A stretch of DNA of 64,000 bases from an uncultured Verrucomicrobiae bacterium (GTDB lineage Bacteria > Verrucomicrobiota > Verrucomicrobiia > Chthoniobacterales > Chthoniobacteraceae). The notes beneath the pieces are model-generated. The model ran no database searches. It was not told the DNA's origin and saw nothing but the letters and a program-made list of their open reading frames with translations. Positions 53,598 to 62,598 of the stretch are shown here, one piece after another. The position numbers were made by a program, and so were the translations under genes. Positions within the stretch are counted from its first letter, which is position 1, and each line of letters opens with the position of its first letter. The stretch is taken from contig CAWHEP010000008.1 in NCBI GenBank assembly GCA_963828525.1, forward strand, positions 256,001 through 320,000. Reading direction: 5' to 3'.

Positions 53598-55055
53598 ATG
53601 GACACGGCAATCACCCATGACACGGGGCGGGAATTCCCCGAAGTAGCTCCGTGGATGAACCGGCTTTTTCCGCCCGTCGGTTTGGGCACGATCGGCGCCG
53701 CATGTCTCCTCGTTTACGGAGCGATGGACCTGTTCTTTGCGCGTTATGCCTTTTCCGCCCATCGCCTCCTGGTCGAGCCTTTTCTTTGGGGCGCGGTGAT
53801 CTCGCTGGTGTGGCTTTATCTTGCGGGGATGCGCGCCCTGCAAAAACCGCATCATACGGATTTCAGAATCATCGTCTTGGTTGGAGCGTGTTCGGTACTG
53901 CTCGCCGCAGCAATACCCCCTTTCGACGCAATGGATCTCTTTGCCTACGTGAACGCCGGCTGGTTGCAGGCCCATTACGAACTTAACCCCTACGTCTCCG
54001 TGGTTGGGGATGTTCCCGGATGGCAGACGCAGCCGATCTTTTCCGCTTATTACGCGGACACTCCCTTTGTTTACGGCTTTGTATTCGCATGGGTTTGCAA
54101 GTGGATCTGCCGGTTAGGTCACGGTTCCTTGCCATTCACCATTGCCCTGTTTAAAGCTGCCTGCCTTTTCGCATTTGGCATGGCCGGCTGCCTGGTCTAT
54201 GCAAGCGCCAAAGCGTTAAAGATTCCCCGCCCCGAGCTATCGCTCCATCTGTTTCTCTGGAACCCGCTCCTCCTCCTCCAGTTCATCAGCAACGCGCATA
54301 ACGACGTCTTCATGACTCTGTTTCTCGTATTGGCGCTTTACCTTGTCATCATCGACCGGTGGCTTTGGGTGTTTCCGGCGCTCATGGTTAGCGTAATGAT
54401 CAAGCTGATCAGTATCATCGTCGTTCCGTTCGTCGTCGTTTACTGTTTCAAGCAGAAACGCCATCGCACCGGACTTGTCGGCATCCTCATCGCCTCCGTG
54501 GGATTATTCCTGGTAAGCGCTCCCTATCTTTCCGAATTCCAACATTTCCGTTTCGCGGAAATTTCTGCCCAACTCGCCCTCACCAATGGCTCCTTATTCC
54601 AGACCCTGTCGGAAAGCTACATCCTGCTAATCCACCTCATCCCCTCGATTGCGCCCGGCCTGAAAAGCTTCCAACTCCTTGCGCAGTGGACATCGATTGC
54701 CGCATTTGCGGTAGTCTGCGCCGTCTGCTTTTATCAAGCCGCGCGCGCCGAAAAATTCTCCATTTCGGACCTGATCAGTACGTGCCTCATGCTGGCCATC
54801 CTCCTGATCTGCGTGGTAAGCGCGAAATTTTTTTCATGGTATCTCGGAATCCTGGTCCCCCTTGCGCTTTTTCTTCCGCAAGGACATTGGCTCCGGGTTA
54901 TGACCATCACCCTCTCATGCTTCCACATGCTCTCCTTCACCGCGCTGGCCCACATGCATTTCTTGAATTTCTTGATCATGACCGCGATCCCAATTGCCTG
55001 GACAATCCGGACCCGCTTCCCCCCCGCTAAGGAGGCAACCGCGCACAACCCGTGA
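53598..55055 (+). CDS. GT-C membrane glycosyltransferase (MptA/MptB, GT87-like)
   Basis: PPFDAMDLFAY...G...NPY, PFVYG, WNPLLL...NAHNDVFM, IKL, WYL; many TM helices. Confidence 0.8.
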   Translation: MDTAITHDTGREFPEVAPWMNRLFPPVGLGTIGAACLLVYGAMDLFFARYAFSAHRLLVEPFLWGAVISLVWLYLAGMRALQKPHHTDFRIIVLVGACSVLLAAAIPPFDAMDLFAYVNAGWLQAHYELNPYVSVVGDVPGWQTQPIFSAYYADTPFVYGFVFAWVCKWICRLGHGSLPFTIALFKAACLFAFGMAGCLVYASAKALKIPRPELSLHLFLWNPLLLLQFISNAHNDVFMTLFLVLALYLVIIDRWLWVFPALMVSVMIKLISIIVVPFVVVYCFKQKRHRTGLVGILIASVGLFLVSAPYLSEFQHFRFAEISAQLALTNGSLFQTLSESYILLIHLIPSIAPGLKSFQLLAQWTSIAAFAVVCAVCFYQAARAEKFSISDLISTCLMLAILLICVVSAKFFSWYLGILVPLALFLPQGHWLRVMTITLSCFHMLSFTALAHMHFLNFLIMTAIPIAWTIRTRFPPAKEATAHNP

Positions 55056-55089
55056 CGGCTAGGCGCCGCCCGACCCGCCTACGACTTTT

Positions 55090-55812
55090 CTACGAACTTC
55101 CCATGTTGAACTTTCCTGCAAGTTTGAAGCGAATGGGAATTTCTATCTTCCACGAAACGCTTACTCCGTTGGCGTTGGCGGGTTGAAACTTCCATGCGTG
55201 CACCGCGCTGGCAGCCGCCCTATCGAGAACACCAAAACCCGAACTGTGAGCTATCGCGATCATTTGCGCCCTGCCTTCCGCATTCACAACCACCGTCAAG
55301 ATCGTCACCCCACTGAGCTTTTGAGCGCTTGCCGCATCGGGATAAGCTGGTGGCGGGTTAAAAAGGTATCGCGGAGCGCTCGTGCCCATACCGCTTCCAG
55401 AAAACCTCTCCGCGATCCTACCGCCCTGCTGACGAGCGAGGCTTGCGCTGCGCCGTTGCGATCCGCCTTTCAGGATCGGATTCACTGCGCTCGCCATAGC
55501 CGAGTCTCTGTTCCGGCCGGGAGACGCGGGTATCACGGCACCCGGTTTATACGCTGAGTCATCCGCTGGCTCCGTCACCACTGGAGCCTGCGCCAAAATT
55601 GGGCGCGTTTCGCCCGATGGGGGTGGTGAAATGACGGCTGACGGCCCCATTGGCGATACCCCGGGAACAACGGATAACTGGAGCGCCGGGTTTATTCCTC
55701 CCGTCGCATCTGACGAAGTGCGGGGAGGCGCAAACACGCACATCGCCCCAACCAGCGCCGCATGAATAGCAATCGAGCCGCACACCGCCAAGGCTGACGC
55801 CCCTCTGATCAT
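55090..55812 (-). CDS. tonB: TonB-family energy transducer
   Basis: TM anchor SIAIHAAL, Pro-rich linker, PPAYPDAA...G...V.VNAEG...SSGFGVLDRAA...WKFQPA...IPIRFKL; ATGA overlap with the upstream gene. Confidence 0.9.
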   Translation of the reverse strand: MIRGASALAVCGSIAIHAALVGAMCVFAPPRTSSDATGGINPALQLSVVPGVSPMGPSAVISPPPSGETRPILAQAPVVTEPADDSAYKPGAVIPASPGRNRDSAMASAVNPILKGGSQRRSASLARQQGGRIAERFSGSGMGTSAPRYLFNPPPAYPDAASAQKLSGVTILTVVVNAEGRAQMIAIAHSSGFGVLDRAAASAVHAWKFQPANANGVSVSWKIEIPIRFKLAGKFNMGSS

Positions 55813-56702
55813 TGCCCCCGAAGCGACACCGGCGCATAGTGATTTTTGCCTGGGCCGAAATCGATTCCGAAAATCAGGTAAGCCTCCACACCGGGCGCGT
55901 CGTGTGTCACGCCAAACAGGGGCACCAGATCGATATGGCACCACGGAGCAGGCCGCGCTTGCAAACTGGGGCCAATCAAAAACCTGTTCTCACCCGGACT
56001 GCCGCTGGCCTTGTCGTGCTCGTATTCCATTTCGATGCCCGCGCTCAATTTTTCGTCGATGAGCGTGTAACTAAATCCCTGGCTGAAGCCCAAGGCGGTG
56101 TTTTTAGCGTGGCTTAGCTCCTGTTCGTCAATCAGATTAAAACCCCAGTGCAGCCGTGGGGTGATGTCCGTGCCAAGCAGAAGCTTGCCCTCCGCCGTGT
56201 TGGCTCCGCGATTGACTGTAGCATATTCAAAATAGAGCGTCGGATTCAGGGGAATGTGGCCCCAATCGGCGAAGGCCCACCGCACTTCAGCCGAATATTC
56301 GTCCTGGTTGGCCCGGCGATGTTCGTCAACCTTCCACGTCTCATAAAGATCGAGTTGAAACCGGTATGGCAGCCCGATCTCAACCTCCTCCTGAAAGCGC
56401 GTCTCAGCCGTGCCGTCACGGAACGAACGATGTCGTACCCATTGTTCAAACCCAACGTCACCTGGCCCTTGTTGCAGATAGACACGCGTGGTGGGAAAGC
56501 GACGCTCTCCGGTCCACTCAGGCGCTTTATAAGCCCCGGCGGGAGCGTCTTCTCCAAGTTCGGCAGCCGTAGCTGTCACCTCTGGCAAGCGCGTCACCTC
56601 GCCTTGCTCCCCATGCGCAGGCGTAAATGCAAAAAGTGCCATCACCAGCATTGTGGCGAGGGACAACGCGCGACTTGGGAAGCGAAAGAATAGGGCAGAC
56701 AT
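55809..56702 (-). CDS. Small putative outer-membrane beta-barrel with a TonB-box-like N-terminus
   Basis: Signal peptide ending AHG; LPEVTATA; alternating beta-strand patterns (FQLDLYETW, YSAEVRWAF, LSAGIEMEY, YLIFGIDF). Confidence 0.7.
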   Translation of the reverse strand: MSALFFRFPSRALSLATMLVMALFAFTPAHGEQGEVTRLPEVTATAAELGEDAPAGAYKAPEWTGERRFPTTRVYLQQGPGDVGFEQWVRHRSFRDGTAETRFQEEVEIGLPYRFQLDLYETWKVDEHRRANQDEYSAEVRWAFADWGHIPLNPTLYFEYATVNRGANTAEGKLLLGTDITPRLHWGFNLIDEQELSHAKNTALGFSQGFSYTLIDEKLSAGIEMEYEHDKASGSPGENRFLIGPSLQARPAPWCHIDLVPLFGVTHDAPGVEAYLIFGIDFGPGKNHYAPVSLRGQ

Positions 56703-56865
56703 ACAAGACACGCCTTTTAGCAGCCCGAGCCGCTTTACGCAACTTCGAACCCAAAGGCAGGCGGCGACCACTAAGCTGGAAGGGGCCGCAGTGGCTTCCG
56801 CCGGAGCCTGGATACCCTGCCGGAAAGCTGAAATTGGCGCTCAGAATTGCAAAGCTTGTTGGGCG

Positions 56866-57569
56866 GGGTGTGATTAGAAGTGGTGCCAGCAAAGGATCAT
56901 ATTTGTATTATAAATACCATAACTGTACTATTTTGAGGATGTGCGTAGATTGCTGTGTCCATGAACAAACACGGCGTGGAAGAGGCGGGACGGCGCTGGG
57001 GCCATTGCGCGCGCGATGCGGGGTGGGCGTTGGAGAGCCGCATCCACGTGGTGGCCGACGGGGCGGAGTGGATACGCCTGCAAAGCAAGGAGGTCTTTGG
57101 CAATCAAGCCGATTTCCTGGTGGACTTCTATCACGTGAGCGAGTATCTGGCCGGCGCTGCGCAAGCTTGTCGTCCCCAGGCCCCACGCGCCTGGCTGCGC
57201 ACCCAACAGAGACGGCTCAAGCGCGGAGCCAGCGATCTGGTTGTGCAAGCAATGGAGCCTTACGCCGAAGCCTCCAGCGCGCCCGAAGAAGAAGCTCCGG
57301 TTCGAGCGGCGCTGCGCTATCTTTCCAACAGGCTGCAATGTCTTGATTATCCCAAGGCGCTGGCCCAGGAGTTACCCATTGCTCCGGTCTTATCGAGTCC
57401 GCTCACAGGCATGTTCTTCAAGCCCGCTTTAAACAAGCCGGAAGCGCCTGGCTGGCTCCTCACGCAGACGCCAAGGCGCAACTTCGCGTGCTGCGTGTCA
57501 ACGGAGCCTGGAACTCCTTCTGGCCTCTCCGCAAGGCCGCCTGCCGTGGCACCACTTTCAATCACACCC
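56866..57569. mobile_element. Internally deleted IS (ISKra4/ISLre2-like, IS256/Mutator-related), 704 bp
   Basis: TIRs GGGTGTGATTAGAAGTGGTGCCA and TGGCACCACTTTCAATCACACCC (21/23 match); 9-bp target duplication TGTTGGGCG at 56857-56865 and 57570-57578. Confidence 0.92.
56955..57545 (+). pseudogene. C-terminal half of a DDE transposase (UPF0236-like)
   Basis: [30 protein letters not shown](G)[23 protein letters not shown]; frameshift at ~57380; N-terminal half absent. Confidence 0.85.
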
Positions 57570-57637
57570 TGTTGGGCGACCCTGTTCTGAAACTGTTTGC
57601 GCTCTCCTTCCATCGGACGTTAATTACCGGTTCGAAC

Positions 57638-59051
57638 ATGGGAAAAACACTCTTCCAGAAGGTTTGGGATGCTCACGCCGTGCGTGAGTTGCCCAACGGC
57701 CAGACGCAACTCCTCATCGGCACGCACCTCATTCACGAGGTGACGAGCCCCCAGGCTTTCGCCATGATTCGGGATCTGGGGCTCTCGGTTCCCTATCCCC
57801 ATCGCACCTTCGCCACGGTCGATCACATCGTTCCCACCGATCAACGCGCGGAGCCGTTTGCCGATCCGCTTGCGGACGCGATGATCAAGGAATTGCGCAG
57901 GAACTGCGACGAGTTTGGCATCACTTATTTCGATATCCCGTCTGGCAAGCAGGGCATCGTGCATGTCGTTGGACCAGAGCAGGGAATCACGCAGCCCGGC
58001 ACGACGATCGCTTGCGGCGATTCCCATACTTCCACCCACGGCGCGTTTGGAGCCATCGCGTTTGGCATTGGCACCAGCCAGGTGCGCGACGTGCTCGCCA
58101 CGCAAACCATGGCGATTGGCAAGCTTAAGGTTCGCCGCATCAACGTGAACGGACAGCTTCCCGCGGGCACTTACGCAAAAGATGTGATTCTCCACATCAT
58201 CCGCATGCTGGGGGTGAACGGCGGGACAGGATTTGCCTACGAATACGGCGGGGCTGTGTTTGATGGCTTCACCATGGAAGAGCGGATGACCGTCTGCAAT
58301 ATGTCCATCGAGGGCGGGGCGCGCGTAGGCTATGTGAATCCCGACGAGACGACGGTCGAGTATTTGCGCGGGCCGTCCTTATTGCCCGGCAGGCGCGGAG
58401 TGGGACTTGCCGCCGTCGCTCGCTGGAAGTCGTTCGCTTCTGACCCGGATTGCCAGTGACGATGACGTCATCGAATTCGATGCCGACCAAAATCGAGCCG
58501 ACCGTCACGTGGGGCATAAACCCCGGCCAGGCGGTCTCAATCTCCGAACGCCTTCCGACCCCGGAGTCCACGGAGGATGACGAACAGGGCTCGCTGCAGG
58601 AGGCGCTGGAACATATGCATTTTGCCGCAGGCCAGCCGATAAAGGGAACGCCCATCCAGGTGGCATTCCTTGGGAGTTGCACCAATGGCCGTCTTTCCGA
58701 TTTCAAGGAAGTCGCCCGCCATATCAGAAGGGCGGCATGTGGCTCCGGGCGTTAAGGCGATCGCCGTGCCGGGTTCCCAAGATTGTCGGCGCCATCTGCA
58801 AGGAACTCGGCATCGACCGGATCTTCAGCGACGCGGGCTTCGAATGGAGAGACGCGGGCTGCTCCATGTGCCTCGCGATGAATCCAGACAAACTCATCGG
58901 CGATCAACTCTGCGCCAGCTCAAGCAACCGGAACTTCAAAGGCCGGCAAGGCAGTCCCACCGGCCGCACTGTTCTCATGAGTCCCGTTATGGTCGCCGCG
59001 GCTGCCATCACCGGCGAAATCACCGATGCCCGGGAGTTATTCGCCAATTAG
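57638..59051 (+). CDS. leuC: 3-isopropylmalate dehydratase large subunit, several frameshifts (58370-58790)
   Basis: [60 protein letters not shown]. Confidence 0.95.
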
Positions 59052-59067
59052 GCGACCAAGAATACCG

Positions 59068-59676
59068 ATGGCTCTGACTAAAATTTCGCAAGTCAAAGGC
59101 GCCTGTGTCGTCATCCCGGGAGATGACGTCGATACGGACCGCATCATTCCCGCGCGTTTCATGAAATGCGTCACGTTCGACGGCCTGGGTGAATACCTCT
59201 TCTACGATGTCCGTTTCGACGAACAAGGTAATCGCAAGGAGCATCCGCTGAATGACTCCAGGTCAGCCGGAGCGACCATCCTGATAGCCGGACGAAATTT
59301 CGGATGTGGCAGCTCTCGCGAGCACGCTCCGCAGGCGATCTACCGCTATGGTTTTCGGGCCGTCCTGGCAGAAAGCTTTGCCGAAATCTTTTTTGGCAAC
59401 TCCACCACTCTGGGCATTCCGTGCGTCAGCGCCTCGCGGGACGATTTGGCCGTAATCAGGACATTGGTCGAAAAAAACCCCGAGGCTTTGATGACCATCG
59501 ATCTCGCTACCAACACCATACGAATCGAGGGATCTGTCTTCCGAGCCACGATCCGGGAGAGCGCTTCGAACGCGCTTTTAAATGGACGCTGGGATGCCAT
59601 CGCCGAACTGCTGGAAGATCCCGAGCTTGTTTCACGCCGCGCGGCGCAACTGCCTTACATGGCAAGTCGCGCCTAG
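59068..59676 (+). CDS. leuD: 3-isopropylmalate dehydratase small subunit
   Basis: DVDTDRIIPARF, NFGCGSSREHAP, SFAEIFFGN. Confidence 0.96.
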   Translation: MALTKISQVKGACVVIPGDDVDTDRIIPARFMKCVTFDGLGEYLFYDVRFDEQGNRKEHPLNDSRSAGATILIAGRNFGCGSSREHAPQAIYRYGFRAVLAESFAEIFFGNSTTLGIPCVSASRDDLAVIRTLVEKNPEALMTIDLATNTIRIEGSVFRATIRESASNALLNGRWDAIAELLEDPELVSRRAAQLPYMASRA

Positions 59677-59763
59677 TTGCTCGCCCCGGCCACGAGTCAA
59701 GACTAATCAAGGTTTGCCTACAACGATAGCAGGCAAAGCATTATAAAGTGTGTATCGCTCCGC

Positions 59764-60501
59764 TTGACGGGCAGTGCAATGATTGCTGGCGTGTTGAAGA
59801 ACACGCCACACTCTTCGCCCGAACTCAGGATTCCGCTCAAGCGCGTTTTCTGCCTGGATGATCATCCTGTCGTCAGGGATCATCTCAAGCTGCTCATTGA
59901 AGAGGACCCGCTGTTGACGTGCTGCGGCGAAGCAGGAAACTCCACCGACGCTTTGAGGCTCATCGGCGAACTGGCACCTGATATCATCATTTCCGATGTG
60001 TCGCTGGGCAACGGGCGCGACGGACTGGACTTTGTGAAGGACGTCACCATCCGCTTCCCGAAACTGCCGGTTCTTGTGCTGTCTATGCATGATGAGTCGC
60101 TGTACGCGGAGCGCCTTCTGCGCGCTGGCGCGCGGGGCTACATTTGCAAAACTGAGTCAACGCGAGCCATCTTGTCCGCCATTCATCAGGTGCTCGATGG
60201 CGGCATCCGCGTGAGTTCCGGGATGTCGGCCACCATGGTGCATCGCTTCCTCAGCGGAGCATTAAAAGGCCTTGGCTCGCCCATCGATAAGCTTAGCGAC
60301 AGGGAACTCGAAATCTTTAGCCAGATCGGCAGAGGGCGATCCAGCCGTCAAATCGCCACCGACCTTCGCCTCGACCCCAAAACGATTGAAACGTATCGAT
60401 CTCGCATCAAGGCGAAGCTAAACCTGCGCCACGCGACGGAGCTTCATCAACACGCGATGCAGTGGTTGCAGAGCGGGAACTTCCCTACCGCCAAAACGTG
60501 A
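59764..60501 (+). CDS. NarL/LuxR-family response regulator (start uncertain)
   Basis: LDDHP, ISDVSL, LSMHDESLYAER, LSDRELEIF, KTIETYRSRIK. Confidence 0.92.
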   Translation: MTGSAMIAGVLKNTPHSSPELRIPLKRVFCLDDHPVVRDHLKLLIEEDPLLTCCGEAGNSTDALRLIGELAPDIIISDVSLGNGRDGLDFVKDVTIRFPKLPVLVLSMHDESLYAERLLRAGARGYICKTESTRAILSAIHQVLDGGIRVSSGMSATMVHRFLSGALKGLGSPIDKLSDRELEIFSQIGRGRSSRQIATDLRLDPKTIETYRSRIKAKLNLRHATELHQHAMQWLQSGNFPTAKT

Positions 60502-60684
60502 TTCCCCTACAAATCTTGCCGGTTCCCGCTGCGGGTTCCGTTTGATAAACCTCCTCTGCGGGCGTTCTTCAGCTTGAACAATGCATGCAGTGGTTTCGAC
60601 CTGCCCCCAGTGGTTTGACGAGGCTGGCATAACCTCCGGAAGGCGGAATCGGAGGGTGGATGGGGGCAGGTCGAAAGCGGCACC

Positions 60685-62448
60685 TTAAAGGTTCGGCAGG
60701 AAAACCTCGACCCGGTGGCCGCCGACCGCCGGGCGCGAAATCTCCAGCCGCGCGTTGATCGCGGACGCTCTGAATTGCATGATACGCATTCCCATGCCCG
60801 GAACAGGGGAGGCTTCGATTCCGACGCCGTCATCTTCCACCGCTAATCGGACCGCTCCGTCAGTCGCTTCCAGCGCGACGCTCACCCGCCTGGGCCGGGC
60901 ATGTCGAATCGCGTTGCTGATTGCCTCCTGGGCAATCCTGTAAAGATGTGTTGCCACCACATTATCCCGAATCAGCACGGAATCGTTCCCTGTAAAAACA
61001 CATTCGGTCCGCGACACGGCCGCGGTTGATTCAGCAAGGTTCTTTAACGCCCAGACAAGCCCTTCTTCTTCAAGCATCACAGGGAAGAGGCTCTTCGCGA
61101 GATTCTTCCCCTGCGCGATTGCGCTGGCTATCGGCGCGAGAGCGCGGGCCGCCCGTGACGCGAGTGGGTGTGATTCTTCGCCAAGATTCTCCACCACGGA
61201 CGAAAGACTCAAGTGGGCGCCAATGAGTTCCTGGCAAATGCTGTCGTGCAAATCGTGCCCGATCCGCTGCTGCTCCCTTTCGCTGATGGTAAGAATCTCG
61301 CGCTCGAGCCGCTTCTTCTCCGTTATATCCCGAACGATAGCCCACGCGCCGGTATAGCGACCGGTTCGGACGTCTCGCGCGCCGAAAAGGGTAAGACACA
61401 CCTCCAGCCGGTGTCCTGCTTTTGTCATTCGAACCGTCTCCAGGGATTGTATGCGCTCGCCATCACGGATCTTATCGCGCAGTTCGCCCATTTCCCTGAA
61501 CTTTTCGGGCGGCATCAACAGGGAAATATGCCGGCCCACAATCTCCTTGCAGGAATACCCGAACATCTTCTCCGCAGCCTGGTTCCATATAACCACCTCA
61601 CTTTCAAGGTTGCTTCCGATCATTGCGTCGTCAGAGGATTCCACGATCGACGCGAGATGATAAATCTCCTCCTCCGCCCTCTTTCGTTCTGTGATCTCGC
61701 GTTCGTTGACAACCACTGCTTTCACACATGGATTCTCCAGAGCGTTGTGGCCGGTGGTGTCCATCCATATGTAGTGCCCCTCTTTATGGCGGGAACGATA
61801 TTCCACGTGAAATGCCTGACCCGGCTGCTTCAGGATTTTTTGGAATGTATTTGCCACCAGATCAACATCCTCTGGATGCACACAGTCGAACGCGTTCCTC
61901 CCGATGGTCTCTTCAGGCGTATATCCGTAAATCCGGGTCGATGAGGGACTCGCGTAGATGATCACGCCCGAAGCATCGAGCAGCGCGATCCGATCTCTTG
62001 AATTCTCGGTGAGCGCGCGGAAGCGGCTCTCGCTATCCTGCAATATCTGCTCAGCCAGCTTCCCCTGGGTGACATCGCTCAGCAGGCCCAACCGGGCCGG
62101 CAGCCCTTCGTACAGAGTGGGCACGCTAAACACCTCCACGATCAACTCGGAGCCGTCTGCCCTTCGACCGTTTACTTCATAGTGTTCCGCAAAGACAGAT
62201 TCCACCATTTCGGTCGCCAGCTTCTCGGAACTTTCCGCGACGAAGTCGATGATGCATCGCCCCACAACCTGATCCTGCGGAATTCCAAACATCCGCTCAA
62301 ACGCGGAGTTCACCGTAAGCACAATGCTGTTTCTATGCACTACAATGGCGTTCGGGATCGCCTGAAGAAGATCAACGAAACTTCCCTTGATGTCCCGGGA
62401 CGCGCCCACGCGCGCAGATGCTCCGGAACCCTTTGTCTCTTCCGCCAC
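60685..62448 (-). CDS. Cytoplasmic triple-PAS sensor histidine kinase (HisKA_3)
   Basis: Three PAS/PAC repeats (VNSAFERMFG, VHPEDV, WNQAAEKMFGY); EREQQRIGHDLHDSICQ; QEAISNAIRH; DDGVG. Confidence 0.92.
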   Translation of the reverse strand: MAEETKGSGASARVGASRDIKGSFVDLLQAIPNAIVVHRNSIVLTVNSAFERMFGIPQDQVVGRCIIDFVAESSEKLATEMVESVFAEHYEVNGRRADGSELIVEVFSVPTLYEGLPARLGLLSDVTQGKLAEQILQDSESRFRALTENSRDRIALLDASGVIIYASPSSTRIYGYTPEETIGRNAFDCVHPEDVDLVANTFQKILKQPGQAFHVEYRSRHKEGHYIWMDTTGHNALENPCVKAVVVNEREITERKRAEEEIYHLASIVESSDDAMIGSNLESEVVIWNQAAEKMFGYSCKEIVGRHISLLMPPEKFREMGELRDKIRDGERIQSLETVRMTKAGHRLEVCLTLFGARDVRTGRYTGAWAIVRDITEKKRLEREILTISEREQQRIGHDLHDSICQELIGAHLSLSSVVENLGEESHPLASRAARALAPIASAIAQGKNLAKSLFPVMLEEEGLVWALKNLAESTAAVSRTECVFTGNDSVLIRDNVVATHLYRIAQEAISNAIRHARPRRVSVALEATDGAVRLAVEDDGVGIEASPVPGMGMRIMQFRASAINARLEISRPAVGGHRVEVFLPNL

Positions 62449-62598
62449 GCCGCGGATTCTGCCTTGGCTAAATCAAAGCCGCCAGATGAATCGCTTTTAT
62501 GCTGGGCCGCAATGCTCAACCCGCATAGCTTTAAAGCAGCGGGCAATGGCCGGGTTGCCGCGTTCAACCAACTCTGTTAAAGCCCAACGGACACCGCG

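Noticed and set aside
56703..56860. Cobalamin riboswitch upstream of the barrel-tonB pair (GCCACTG on the minus strand)
   Set aside because: No following GGGAAG and no AGYCAGRAGACC B12 box
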